From NCBI GenBank assembly GCA_049322915.1, contig JBMOPW010000007.1, forward strand, positions 32,001-96,000: a stretch of DNA of 64,000 nt, read 5' to 3'. Positions 48,258 through 59,046 of this stretch are shown here, piece by piece. Numbering within the stretch: position 1 is the first letter of the stretch; each line of letters opens with the position of its first letter. A model generated the notes under the pieces. That model did no database searches. It saw nothing but the letters and a program-made list of their open reading frames with translations, and was not told the DNA's origin. The translations under genes were made by a program, and so were the position numbers. This DNA comes from Candidatus Zhuqueibacterota bacterium (lineage in GTDB: Bacteria > Zhuqueibacterota > Zhuqueibacteria > Thermofontimicrobiales > Thermofontimicrobiaceae).

Positions 48258-50402
48258 ATGAGAAAAATCAAAATAGGAATCGATGTCGGCGGGACATTCA
48301 CGCACGCTGTGGCCGTGGATATTTCGGATTACAGCATTGTCGGTAAGGCCTGCGTCCCGACAACCCACACGGCCGGCGAGGGTGTGGCTCGCGGCGTCAT
48401 TTTATCTCTCGAAAAATTATTGTCAGAAGCCCATATCGCGCCGGCGGAAGTGATTCTGATCGCCCATTCCACGACTCAGGCGACCAATGCGCTGCTGGAA
48501 GGCGACGTCGCTGCGGTGGGCGTCATTGGAATGGGTCGGGGTTTTGAAGGCGCACTCGCGCGAAAACAGACCAATCCGCAGCACATCCCATTGGCGCCGG
48601 GTAAATTTCTCAGGACATGCTTCGCTTACGTGGATGTGAGCCAGCGGCCATCGGTCGCGACGATTCAATCGGCGATCAACGGCCTCGTGGAGCAGGGCGC
48701 AGAGGTGATTGTGGCGTCCGAGGCGTTTGGCGTGGACGATCCGACCCATGAAGATCTGGTCGTGACGATTGCGTCGGACATGGGATTGCTGGCCACGGCA
48801 GCGAGCCGCATTTCCAAATTGTACGGTCTGCGCATTCGGACGCGGACGGCGGTGTTCAACGCCAGCATGATGCCCAAAATGCTGGAGACGGCGAACATGA
48901 CCGAAGCTTCGGTGCGAAAGAGCGGCATCAATGCGCCGTTGATGATCATGCGATCCGATGGCGGCATCATGGACATCAATGAAATGCGGAAGCGGCCTAT
49001 TTTGACCATGCTGTCCGGCCCGGCGGCCGGCGTGGCGGCTGCGCTGATGTACGTGAAAGTTTCCGACGGAATTTTCATCGAGGTCGGAGGCACATCGACC
49101 GATATTTCGGTGATCAAGAACGGCAAGCCGCAGATCAAAAGCGCCCAGATCGGCGGCAATCGGCTCTACCTTCGCACGCTGGATGTGCGCACGCTGGGCA
49201 TTGCCGGCGGTTCGATTCCTCGCGTTCAGAACAATGAAATTGTCGATGTGGGTCCCCGCAGCGCGCACATCGCCAATTTGCACTACATCGCCTATAGCGG
49301 GCAGACCGATTGGGACGATGTCGAATTGCTGAAAATCCAGCCGCGTCCCGGCGACCCGGACGACTATCTGGCTATCACTATCCCCGGCCGGAGCGACGAC
49401 CGATATGCGTTGACTCCGACGGAAGCCGCTCATTTCCTGGGCGCTGCTGAATTCGCCGGCAATTCCGCCGCGGTGCAGCGCATTGTCGCGCTGGTGGCTC
49501 AGAAATTGAATAGCACCGGCGAAGCGTTAGCCAGGCGGATTCTGGCGCTAGCCGCTGAGAAAATCAAGCCGGTCATCAGGCAGCTCAGTCGCGAGTACAA
49601 GCTGGATTCGGACCTGATTCAATTCGTCGGCGGCGGGGGAGGCGCGCCGGTGCTGGTACCGCACACCGCGCAGCACATGGGAGTTGATTTTAGAATTGCC
49701 GAAAACACCGAGGTCATTTCCGCCATTGGCGTTGCCCTGGGCATCATCCGCGACTCTGTGGAGCGAAGCATCGTCAATCCCACGGATGCGGAGATCATGG
49801 CCATTCGGCAGGAGGCTGCTGCGTCGGTGCAGGCCATGGGCGCTGCGCCGGAGAGCATTGAAGTGACCATTGAAGTGGACAACCGGAACAAACGGCTGAT
49901 TGCCGTGGCCACTGGCTCCAGCGAACTGCGCACGCGCGATGTGCACGTCAAAGCGCTGACTGAGGATGACGCGCTGCGATTGGCGGCGGCCTCTTTGAAG
50001 ACAGACGTGAGCCGGGTGAAGATCGCGGCGCGGACATCGTTCCTGCTCGCCGTCTCGACGGTGTTCACCCAAAAACGCCTGTGGGGCCTGGTGAAAACCA
50101 CGACCGAGAAAATTCGCGCCGTCGATCGCGAGGGCGTTATCAAGCTGCAAATCCAGGATGGCGTCGTGGTTCAGACGGATGCGGCCGCTGTGAAATCCGC
50201 CATTCAGCATGTCATCGAAAATCTCACCATATACGGCGACGCCGGCGCGCTGGTGCCGGATGTGTATGTGTTAGTGGCCGGGAAAATAAACGATTTGACC
50301 GGGCTGGTGAAAGAATCTCAGATTATGATCCTGGTGGATATGGAAATGAAGTCCGTTCCATCGGATGAGCCGGTGATTGTTATCGCAGCTAAAAAGAAAT
50401 GA
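48258..50402 (+). CDS. Hydantoinase/oxoprolinase A-family (ASKHA ATPase fold) protein, stand-alone
   Basis: [63 protein letters not shown]. Confidence 0.88.
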   Translation: MRKIKIGIDVGGTFTHAVAVDISDYSIVGKACVPTTHTAGEGVARGVILSLEKLLSEAHIAPAEVILIAHSTTQATNALLEGDVAAVGVIGMGRGFEGALARKQTNPQHIPLAPGKFLRTCFAYVDVSQRPSVATIQSAINGLVEQGAEVIVASEAFGVDDPTHEDLVVTIASDMGLLATAASRISKLYGLRIRTRTAVFNASMMPKMLETANMTEASVRKSGINAPLMIMRSDGGIMDINEMRKRPILTMLSGPAAGVAAALMYVKVSDGIFIEVGGTSTDISVIKNGKPQIKSAQIGGNRLYLRTLDVRTLGIAGGSIPRVQNNEIVDVGPRSAHIANLHYIAYSGQTDWDDVELLKIQPRPGDPDDYLAITIPGRSDDRYALTPTEAAHFLGAAEFAGNSAAVQRIVALVAQKLNSTGEALARRILALAAEKIKPVIRQLSREYKLDSDLIQFVGGGGGAPVLVPHTAQHMGVDFRIAENTEVISAIGVALGIIRDSVERSIVNPTDAEIMAIRQEAAASVQAMGAAPESIEVTIEVDNRNKRLIAVATGSSELRTRDVHVKALTEDDALRLAAASLKTDVSRVKIAARTSFLLAVSTVFTQKRLWGLVKTTTEKIRAVDREGVIKLQIQDGVVVQTDAAAVKSAIQHVIENLTIYGDAGALVPDVYVLVAGKINDLTGLVKESQIMILVDMEMKSVPSDEPVIVIAAKKK

Positions 50403-50462
50403 CGATCCGGCAGCATTCGATTTCCGCCGGCGCAATTCACCGATGAAAAACAAAGGGCTATC

Positions 50463-51878
50463 ATGAACAGTCACAATCAGTCGATGCGGTCCCATTCGCT
50501 GGATGCCCTGCGCGGTTTTGCAATTCTGACAATGGTCTTGTCCGGGGTGATCCCGTACGGCGTCTTGCCGCCGTGGATGTACCACGCCCAGATCCCGCCG
50601 CCTGACCATCGTTTCAATCCGCAACTCCCGGGATTGACGTGGGTGGATCTGGTCTTTCCCATGTTCCTGTTCGCTCTGGGCGCAGCGATTCCGTTTGCCC
50701 TGTCCCGGCGGAGGGAACAGGGCGATTCTGCCGGGAAAATAATGGGGAGCATTGTGCAGCGGGGATTCCTGTTGGGATTCTTTGCCATTTTCCTGCGCCA
50801 TGTCCGGCCCCATGTGCTGCAAGCCAATCCGCAGCCCCGGCACTGGCTCATCGCCCTGGCCGGATTTGCCCTGATGTTTCCAATTTTCGCCCGGCTCCCC
50901 GGCGGCTGGCCGCGCTGGAAACGCGGGGCGATACGGTCGTTGGGTTGGCTCGTCGCCGTGCTGATGATAGCCCTGCTCCGCTATCCGGATGGCAGCGGCT
51001 TTTCGCTGAACCGCAGCGATATCATCATCGTTGTGCTGGCGAATATGGCTGTCTTCGGTTCGCTGGTCTGGCTTGTCACGCGGAACAATATCCTGCTGCG
51101 GCTGGGCGTTCTCGCGGCGCTGTTGGCCTTGCGGCTATCCAGCGCGGAACCCGGCTGGGTCCAGACGCTGTGGAATTTTTCGCCGGCGCCGTGGATTTTC
51201 AAACTGTATTATCTGCAATATTTATTCATTGTCATCCCCGGCACACTGGTGGGCGACGTACTCAGCCAGCCGAGGCAGATTGAGCCGCTACCGTCTGAAC
51301 TGGACAGCGGTCTCAGCGCATGGTGGCTGTTCCTGAGTATGCTGGTCGCGACGACGCTCGTCCTGTTGATCGGCTTGCAGTCGCGCTGGCTCTGGCAGAC
51401 AGCGATCCTCACGCTGGCGCTCACCCTGGGGGCTGGCTGGCTGATCCGGCGCATCCGCGGCGATTTCGGAAAGGTCATCCGTCTCCTGTTCAACTGGGGT
51501 GCATGCTGGCTCTGGCTGGGATTGCTGTTCGAGCCGTACGAAGGGGGCATCAAAAAAGATCACTCGACACTGAGCTACTATTTTGTGACGGCCGGGATTT
51601 CGACCTACGCATTGATCGCGTTCTCCGTCGTCATTGATTTGTTCAAAAAACAGCGCTGGGTGCAACTGCTCATTGATAACGGCAAAAATCCCATGATCGC
51701 TTATGTGGCGTTTGCCAATTTCATCTGGCCCATTCTGGCCCTCAGCGGCGCTGAGAAAATCATGCTCTCCCTGACGCCGACGCCCTGGCTCGGGTTCTTT
51801 CGCGGACTTTTTTACACGGCGCTCCTGGCGCTGCTGGTGAGCCTGATCACCCGGAAGAAAATTTATTGGAGAACCTGA
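50463..51878 (+). CDS. DUF5009/HGSNAT-like membrane acyltransferase
   Basis: RSHSLDALRGFAILTMVL, WMYHAQ, GLTWVDLVFPMFLFALGAAIP, GGIKKD.STLSYYF, GKNPMIAY. Confidence 0.8.
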   Translation: MNSHNQSMRSHSLDALRGFAILTMVLSGVIPYGVLPPWMYHAQIPPPDHRFNPQLPGLTWVDLVFPMFLFALGAAIPFALSRRREQGDSAGKIMGSIVQRGFLLGFFAIFLRHVRPHVLQANPQPRHWLIALAGFALMFPIFARLPGGWPRWKRGAIRSLGWLVAVLMIALLRYPDGSGFSLNRSDIIIVVLANMAVFGSLVWLVTRNNILLRLGVLAALLALRLSSAEPGWVQTLWNFSPAPWIFKLYYLQYLFIVIPGTLVGDVLSQPRQIEPLPSELDSGLSAWWLFLSMLVATTLVLLIGLQSRWLWQTAILTLALTLGAGWLIRRIRGDFGKVIRLLFNWGACWLWLGLLFEPYEGGIKKDHSTLSYYFVTAGISTYALIAFSVVIDLFKKQRWVQLLIDNGKNPMIAYVAFANFIWPILALSGAEKIMLSLTPTPWLGFFRGLFYTALLALLVSLITRKKIYWRT

Positions 51879-52175
51879 TCAGGCGTGACTTTGTTGAAAT
51901 GCAGAAAGCTGCCTGGCATTTTCGAAGCAGTAGTTTGCGCAGTGGTCAGCCGACGCCGATCGCTTCGGTGAAACAGCATGATTTTGAATCGTAAAATCAG
52001 GAGGGTTCGGATATTTATCCCGAACGGCGGCTATTCGGGAGATTACGATCCAAACCATTCCCTGCGCTGGAAACATCTCCAGCGCGATCTGTTTTGAAAA
52101 AATCAGGGCAATCGCCGGACATTCGCTCCAACAACGAAAACGGCGCGCCCAATCTGTCATCAAAGAAGGGAACCC

Positions 52176-54068
52176 ATGAAATTCCGCACTCTGCTCACGC
52201 TGCTTTTTCTGGCAACCGCCGGCCTGTCGCAAACGGTCAGCGAATTCCGCGCGGTTAAAATCACCAATGTGGACAGCGACGTGCTGTTCAGCGACGCCGC
52301 TATCGCCGAGGCTATGGATTATCTGTCGTCCATTGGCATCAATGTCATTTTGCCGGTTGTCTGGAATGGGCATCAGGCGGATGGCGTGTACACGCTCTAT
52401 CCCAGCGCAGTCATGGACAGCATGTTTGGCCGGCCACTGTACCCCTATTTCCCGGCAGCGCGCGATCCATTGAAACGTGTCATCATCGAGGCCCACCGCA
52501 ACGGCATGGAGGTGTTGCCCTGGTTCGAGATGGGATTCTCCCCGTCGTACTCTCAGAATGGCGGTTACATCCTGGAGCAATTTCCGGCGTGGGGACTTCG
52601 AAACAACGCCGGCCATCTGGTAGTCAAGAATGGCTTCGATTGGATGTCGGCAGCCAATCCGGAGGTGCAGGAGTTCATTTTGGACCTGGTGAAAGAGGTG
52701 GTGGATTGTTACGATGTGGATGGCATTGAGTTCTCCGATCGCATCCCGGCCATGCCGGTCGAGGGCGGCTACGATGCGGCCACAGTGGCGCGGTACAGCA
52801 CAGAGCACAATGGCGCGACGCCGCCGACCAATGACCTCGATCCGGCCTGGATGCGCTGGCGCGCGGACGTGTTGAATGCGTTCAACCAACGGGCGCGCGA
52901 TGCGGTCAAAGCGCGGGGAGAACACCTCATCTTTTCTTCCAGCCCCAGCGTTTATCCCTGGTCGTACGACGAATATCTTCAGGATTCGAAAACCTGGGTG
53001 GATCGCGGCATTGTGGACAACATCATTCCCCAGCTTTACCGCTATTCGATTTCAGACTATACTGCTGAGTTGAACCGCTCGTTGAGCGCTATTCCTTCTG
53101 GCAAACGGCCGATCTTTTTTGCCGGCGTGCTCATCAAACTTGGCGATTATACCATCTCGCCGGAATTTCTGTTCGCTTCCATCCAGGCCAATCGAAACCG
53201 CAATGTGTCCGGAGAGGCGCTGTTCTTTTATGAAGGTCTGCGCGCCAATGATGATCTCCTGGGCGATACGCTGAAAGCCACATATTATTCGGCGCCGGCG
53301 CTGAATCCGCATCGCAACGGGATGGTTTGGCGGCCCAAAGCGCTCATCGTGAATGAAGATGATCCCGGCGCCCGCATCGCTGGCCAGTGGGATTTTTCGA
53401 CCATCGCCGGATTTCGTCCCAATATTCTCATTAAAAAAGATACCAGCTATGCTGCGATCCGATACGATTTTCATGTGCCGGTCAGCGCCTGGTACGACGT
53501 GTTCGCCTACATCGTCACTGGCCCACTGGCAGCGAACGCCGCGCCATTCACTGTATTTTCGGACAGTGACTCCGAAACCGTGACCATCAACCAGCAGAGT
53601 CTGTACAATCGCGGCTGGCAGTTTTTGCAGACTGTCTTTCTCCCGCAGGGCGAGCGGACTGTCCTGAAGCTGGACAATGCCAACGTGGCGCAAGGCCAGT
53701 TCGTGTCCGCAGATGCCGCCATGCTCATGCTCAACCGCAAGCGCTCCACGGACGTGTTGATTCCATCGAATATCGACAGCGAGCCCGAGACAGCGGAGCT
53801 TCCCGAAACAGTCGCGCTGATCGGGACCTATCCCAATCCATTCAACATGTCGACCAAAATCCGCTTTCGAATCGATGCGCCGGCGTTTGTCGAGCTCACT
53901 GTTTTCGACCTGTTGGGCAGACAGGTGGCCACGTTGATGAGCGAACCGAGGTCGCGCGGTACGCACGAAGTCATTTTCTCCGGAACTGGCCTGGCCAGCG
54001 GACTATACGTCTGCCGGCTCGCCGCGAATGGTGTGAACGAGACGATTAAAATAGTGTTAATTAAATAA
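52176..54068 (+). CDS. Secreted GHL10 hydrolase with golvesin/xanthan-lyase-like beta domain and C-terminal sorting domain
   Basis: EFRAVKITNVDS, DPLKRVIIEAHRNG..LPWFEMG, YDVDGIEFSD, PQLY; INQQ..GWQFL..VSADA; YPNPFN...ASGLY. Confidence 0.85.
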   Translation: MKFRTLLTLLFLATAGLSQTVSEFRAVKITNVDSDVLFSDAAIAEAMDYLSSIGINVILPVVWNGHQADGVYTLYPSAVMDSMFGRPLYPYFPAARDPLKRVIIEAHRNGMEVLPWFEMGFSPSYSQNGGYILEQFPAWGLRNNAGHLVVKNGFDWMSAANPEVQEFILDLVKEVVDCYDVDGIEFSDRIPAMPVEGGYDAATVARYSTEHNGATPPTNDLDPAWMRWRADVLNAFNQRARDAVKARGEHLIFSSSPSVYPWSYDEYLQDSKTWVDRGIVDNIIPQLYRYSISDYTAELNRSLSAIPSGKRPIFFAGVLIKLGDYTISPEFLFASIQANRNRNVSGEALFFYEGLRANDDLLGDTLKATYYSAPALNPHRNGMVWRPKALIVNEDDPGARIAGQWDFSTIAGFRPNILIKKDTSYAAIRYDFHVPVSAWYDVFAYIVTGPLAANAAPFTVFSDSDSETVTINQQSLYNRGWQFLQTVFLPQGERTVLKLDNANVAQGQFVSADAAMLMLNRKRSTDVLIPSNIDSEPETAELPETVALIGTYPNPFNMSTKIRFRIDAPAFVELTVFDLLGRQVATLMSEPRSRGTHEVIFSGTGLASGLYVCRLAANGVNETIKIVLIK

Positions 54069-54149
54069 CGGAGGAACTCGCTTACAGCCCGATGATTCGG
54101 CTGGATGCTGTTTCCTCCACGACAGTGAATTTGAGGACAGGTAACGATA

Positions 54150-55763
54150 ATGAAAAATTCAACCATGGATCGCCGGCAATTTTTGAGGATTGCCGGGCAA
54201 GGGATCGCCGCTTCATCCCTGTCGCCGCTGATGTTTCAGGCGTGCGATTCAATGAAACGGCGACCGAATATCCTGTTCATCATGACCGACGACCATGCCT
54301 ATCAATCTATCAGTTGCTACGGCAGTCACATGAACCAAACGCCCCAGATTGATCGCCTGGCGCGGGATGGCGTCCGATTCGAGCAGAGTTACGTCACCAA
54401 TTCCATCTGCGCGCCGAGTCGGGCCGTGCTGCTGACGGGCAAATATAGCCACATCAACGGCCACGTTGATAACCGCAACACCTTCGACGGTTCTCAGCCC
54501 ACGTTTCCAAAGCTGTTGCAGCAGGCGGGATTTCAGACGGCCATGGTCGGCAAATGGCATTTGAAAAGTGATCCGACCGGATTTGATTACTGGAATATTC
54601 TGCCGGATCAGGGCCAGTACTACAATCCCGATTTCATTGAAATGGGCGTGCGCCAACAAATTCATGGATACGCGACGGATGTGGTCACTGATATCGCCTT
54701 GGATTGGCTGGAGAAGCGGGATCGGAACCGGCCGTTCTGTCTGCTGCTGCATCATAAAGCGCCGCATCGGAACTGGATGCCGGCGCTGAAGTACCTGAAC
54801 AAATACGAAGACGTGGAAATTCCCATGCCTGAGACGTTTTTCGATGATTACGTCACCAGAAGCGACGCAGCCAGACAGCAGGAGATGGAAGTCGTCAACC
54901 ATACGTTTCCCATCTACGATTTGAAAGGCCCTCTCGATGAATCGACTCCGCCGCGAAATGACGACGAGAAAGCGGACCGGGACATGTGGAAGGCCGGCTA
55001 CAATCGCATGACCGAGGAGCAGAAAAACGCCTGGGATGCGGCGTATGGTCCGCGAAACAAGGCGTATCAGGAATCCCTGCCGGAGGGACGCGACCTGGCC
55101 CGCTGGAAATACCAGCGGTACATCAAGGACTACTTGCGATGCGTCGATTCGGTCGACGAGAATATTGGCCGCGTGCTTGATTATCTGGATAATAACGATC
55201 TGGCTGAAAATACGATTGTGGTCTATACCTCGGATCAGGGATTTTATCTGGGCGAGCACGGTTGGTTTGACAAGCGGTTCATGTATGAGCAATCCCTGCG
55301 CATGCCGCTGATCATCCGATATCCGGCGAGAGTGAAACCGGCCGTCAACAGTAGCGATATGGTGATGAATCTGGACTTTGCTCCGACGTTTCTGGACTTT
55401 GCCGGGGTGGCAGCGCCGGCGGACATGCAGGGCCGGTCGCTGCGCCGGGTGCTGACTGGAAAAACGCCGTCGGACTGGCGGCAGTCCATCTATTATCATT
55501 ATTACGAATATCCGGCCTGGCACATGGTCAAGCGGCATTACGGCGTCCGGACCCACGAGTTCAAATTGATCCATTTTTATTACGACATCGACGCCTGGGA
55601 ATTGTACGATTTGAAGAAAGACCCCCATGAATTGAACAACGTGTACGACGATCCGGCTTACGCGGATAAAGTGGTCGAGTTGAAAGCTGAATTGGAACGG
55701 CTGCGCAAGTTTTACGGCGATTCGGACGATAATAAATTCATGCCAAAAGCGACTGCCTCATGA
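54150..55763 (+). CDS. Formylglycine-dependent (S1) sulfatase with Tat signal, probably a hexosamine-6-sulfatase type
   Basis: DRRQFLR, PNILFIMTDDH, CAPSR (CxPxR), GKWHL, YTSDQGFYLGEHGWFDKR. Confidence 0.92.
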   Translation: MKNSTMDRRQFLRIAGQGIAASSLSPLMFQACDSMKRRPNILFIMTDDHAYQSISCYGSHMNQTPQIDRLARDGVRFEQSYVTNSICAPSRAVLLTGKYSHINGHVDNRNTFDGSQPTFPKLLQQAGFQTAMVGKWHLKSDPTGFDYWNILPDQGQYYNPDFIEMGVRQQIHGYATDVVTDIALDWLEKRDRNRPFCLLLHHKAPHRNWMPALKYLNKYEDVEIPMPETFFDDYVTRSDAARQQEMEVVNHTFPIYDLKGPLDESTPPRNDDEKADRDMWKAGYNRMTEEQKNAWDAAYGPRNKAYQESLPEGRDLARWKYQRYIKDYLRCVDSVDENIGRVLDYLDNNDLAENTIVVYTSDQGFYLGEHGWFDKRFMYEQSLRMPLIIRYPARVKPAVNSSDMVMNLDFAPTFLDFAGVAAPADMQGRSLRRVLTGKTPSDWRQSIYYHYYEYPAWHMVKRHYGVRTHEFKLIHFYYDIDAWELYDLKKDPHELNNVYDDPAYADKVVELKAELERLRKFYGDSDDNKFMPKATAS

Positions 55764-55855
55764 GACGGGATGAATAACTACAATTCCTGCCCGGCCAGCG
55801 GTCCCTGTGACGACAAAACTGCCGCCTGATTATTTCACTGTTCGGAGAGACTCCC

Positions 55856-57301
55856 ATGGATATTTTAAAAGACCCGCTGGCTGTATTGCAGCGATATCTT
55901 CAAATCGATACCACAAACAGCCAGAACGACCGCGATGTCTGCCGCTTCTGGGAGTTGATTTTTTCGCGCTATGATGTGAATTGCCGGCATGTCCGCAGCG
56001 GTGATTTCTGCAATTTCGAAACCTACCTCGATGAGGGCCGGCGCGAGCGAATTCTGCTGCAGAACCACATGGATGTGGTGCCGGCATTGCGGGGCGAGTG
56101 GAATTTCGATCCGTTCGGAGGACGGATTGACGCCGGCTATCTCTACGGCCGCGGCGCTCTGGACATGAAATCCATAGCCGTCTTTCAGGCCTACGCCTTC
56201 CTCCGTCTGGTTTACGAAAACCATCCCCGCAAGCACTTGCTGAAGTTCTGTTCGATGGTGCAGGAGGAGACGTCCTCTGAACACGGCGCCCGATTTTACG
56301 CGGACTATCTGAAACGCCAGGGCTACAGTGATCTCGTTGTATTGGGCGAGGGCGGATTCCTGCTTCGTATTCCGGAAATCTACGCCGGAAATTTGTTCCT
56401 CTACGAGACGGAGCAAAAAGGGCTGCTGTGGCTGGCCATCACCGTTCATTCGAGAGGTGGACACGGTTCCCTGGGCGGAAAAACCAAAAAGGCCAATCCT
56501 GTGTTGCGGGCGGCCAAAGTGGCGGACCGCCTGAGCCGAATTAAATTTCCGGTCAAAATCGAGACGTCGGTGGAGGTGTTCATCAGTTCGCTGCTGGATG
56601 TGTCTCATAACTTTTTAATCCGGCACATCGTCGCCAGCACGCTGTTCAAGCGATTCCTTTTCCGCACAAAAATGGGGAGCGGCATGCTCTGCCGGCTCAT
56701 CACCCGGGCGACGGCCATCCCTGACCTGTTCCAGACTTCGCTGAATGTCACCAATATTTCAACGGACAAAATCGAGGGAATCGCCGAGCGAACACAGCGC
56801 CTGCCCCTGTGGCGGAGATTGTTGCGCCGTGGGCCAACGCGAAAATTGAACCCCATCACCCGAACCGGCGTCAATGTCATTCCCAGCTACGCCACAGTCA
56901 CGTGCGATATTCGCTTCAATTCCGTTTACACCGCCGACGAATTGATTGAAATCATCCGGAAGGTCATCCCCAAAGACGCAGAACTGACCGTGATGAATTC
57001 ACAGAAATTTTCCACGTCGCCTCATCATCTCATCGTCGACCCGATCCGCCGCGCGCTGGATAGCGCCGGGCAAGTGGAGACGATTGTCTCCCCGTTCCTT
57101 TTCATCGCGGCCTCGGACAATTACTTCTTCCGCAACCAGGGCTTTGCCTCGTTCGGATTGGTGCCGAATTTAATTTCACTGGATGAACTGGATCGCATTC
57201 ACGGCTGCAATGAACGGATCCACATCCAGCATTTCAGAGAAGGCTGCCAGTTGTATTACCGCATTTTGAAGCAACTCATCGAATCCCTGCCCGATGAGTG
57301 A
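55856..57301 (+). CDS. M20-family metallo-amidohydrolase/peptidase
   Basis: HMDVVP, YGRGALDMK, QEE, GEG, GGHGS, NVIP, IHGCNERI. Confidence 0.85.
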   Translation: MDILKDPLAVLQRYLQIDTTNSQNDRDVCRFWELIFSRYDVNCRHVRSGDFCNFETYLDEGRRERILLQNHMDVVPALRGEWNFDPFGGRIDAGYLYGRGALDMKSIAVFQAYAFLRLVYENHPRKHLLKFCSMVQEETSSEHGARFYADYLKRQGYSDLVVLGEGGFLLRIPEIYAGNLFLYETEQKGLLWLAITVHSRGGHGSLGGKTKKANPVLRAAKVADRLSRIKFPVKIETSVEVFISSLLDVSHNFLIRHIVASTLFKRFLFRTKMGSGMLCRLITRATAIPDLFQTSLNVTNISTDKIEGIAERTQRLPLWRRLLRRGPTRKLNPITRTGVNVIPSYATVTCDIRFNSVYTADELIEIIRKVIPKDAELTVMNSQKFSTSPHHLIVDPIRRALDSAGQVETIVSPFLFIAASDNYFFRNQGFASFGLVPNLISLDELDRIHGCNERIHIQHFREGCQLYYRILKQLIESLPDE

Positions 57302-58101
57302 TCGTCGTGCTGTTTCCTATCGCATTGACTATATTCCGGCGCGACGCCATTCGCACTGCGCTGGTTGTAGCAGAACCGGCAGTGCGCGGCGTGATATCTT
57401 TTTGTCCGTAGCAGTGCAGACTGCTTTTTCACCCGTCTAAGTGGTTGAAAGACATTGCAGCTTTCATCTTCAATCAGCGAAACGCTCTGCGCACGATCCT
57501 TCATGCTGCCGTGTCCCTCGGAAAGAAGTCGGTTTTGCAATTGGAACTTCCGATTGAAATTTTCCGGAAAAATTTTTATTCCGGTTGAATCTTTCTACCG
57601 GGCATCACATCTAAACAAATGTATTCCATGAAAAATTCACAGCATGCAGATCGCGCGCGACAGCTTCATGCTGGTGCGAGAGATCGATGCGATTCAGAAA
57701 AGCCACTTATCAAATTAACCCGACCATTGTTGCATGAGACAAAGAGCGAAAAAAAGAACCTGCCTGGTTTGCAAAAAATTGCATCATTGTGGCTCTGGTG
57801 GACTCACCGCTAAAAATGAGTGACAGCTTCCCACAATTCACATACTGATACCTTACCTGTACCTGCAACGTGCAGCGAAACGTCGTTGTCAGGAATTCAT
57901 TTTGATTCAATACAATTACCGGTCGAAAACGACATCGCAGTGAAACGTTGATTTTCAGGCGCTGGCATGTTATCGTGCTTTAATGACAGGCATGCGTTTT
58001 TTAAATCTGAATTCCGCCGCCCGGTTATCATCGGACGTGTTCGGGAATTTGCAGTGTAAGTTTTAGTCGATCATTGAATAAAGTATGAAGGAGTCCTACG
58101 T

Positions 58102-58353
58102 ATGGAGAAACAAGCAACCCAGCCACGGGTGATTATTTTTACAACGCCCACTTGCACCTGGTGCAATCGGGTGAAGAGCTATCTGCGACAGCATCGCATT
58201 CGGTTTCGCGACATCGATGTCACGAAGGATGCCAGCGCGGCGCGGGATTTAGAGCGTCGTGGGCATCGTGGAGTCCCGGTGTTGTTTATTGGCAGCGCAA
58301 CCGTGGTCGGATTTGATCAACCGAAAATTAATAGTTTGTTGGGAATAAAATGA
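58102..58353 (+). CDS. Glutaredoxin-like (NrdH/YruB-type) protein
   Basis: FTTPTCTWC, GVPV, VVGFD. Confidence 0.88.
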   Translation: MEKQATQPRVIIFTTPTCTWCNRVKSYLRQHRIRFRDIDVTKDASAARDLERRGHRGVPVLFIGSATVVGFDQPKINSLLGIK

Positions 58354-58377
58354 TGAAAATCTAAGGAGATTCACGCT

Positions 58378-58647
58378 ATGGAATTAATACCAATGGACGA
58401 TCGGATTATTGTCGAACGCTTTGAAGAAGAAAAGAAGCATGGCACAATTATCATTCCGGAGACCGCAAAAGAAAAGCCGCGAATGGGCAAAGTCATCGCG
58501 GTGGGCACGGATGAAGATTTGCAGGACAAAGTGAAAGTCGGCGATAAAGTTTTGTACGGGAAATATACCGGCGACGAGATAGAATTCGACGGAAAAGAAT
58601 TGCTGATCATTCAACGAAACGATATTTTAGCGATCATAAAAGACTAA
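58378..58647 (+). CDS. groES: Co-chaperonin GroES
   Basis: PMDDRIIV, IIIPETAKEKP, GKVIAVG, VKVGDKVLYGKY.G, DILAII. Confidence 0.93.
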   Translation: MELIPMDDRIIVERFEEEKKHGTIIIPETAKEKPRMGKVIAVGTDEDLQDKVKVGDKVLYGKYTGDEIEFDGKELLIIQRNDILAIIKD

Positions 58648-59046
58648 CAGACTGAAGAGGCAGATGCGCGACGTGTCTGCCTCTGATTTTTTGCGGAAGG
58701 AAGAACGTCGGCAGCCTGGCGAGGCGTTTGGTATAATTTAGAATTCAGCATTGACGCGATGGTGGGCTCTTCAAGCCAGTTGCTTCCCGATGAAAAATGT
58801 TGGATCACAGAGGTTTCCGAAACCGTATTTTCAGAAGCATTTGATTTCAGCGGGGCAACTTGCTGCACCGATAACCAAAAAGAGATGCAGTTTGCTCCCA
58901 ATTCTCTCCGGCGCACTGGGCTATGAATCGCTTCAACTGTCTATTATTTCAAGAAGATGAAAGAGCAGCGACCAAACTGGTATTAGAATTGCTTTTGATG
59001 TGACGAGTGAAAGTCATGTCAATAAAAAAAGAGGAGGTGACCCAGA

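Noticed and set aside
57300..58100. Small ORFs, ncRNA or ECF-type promoter (TGAATC-N16-CATCTAA) in the 800-bp gap
   Set aside because: No coding signal or recognisable RNA family; promoter match too weak to call.
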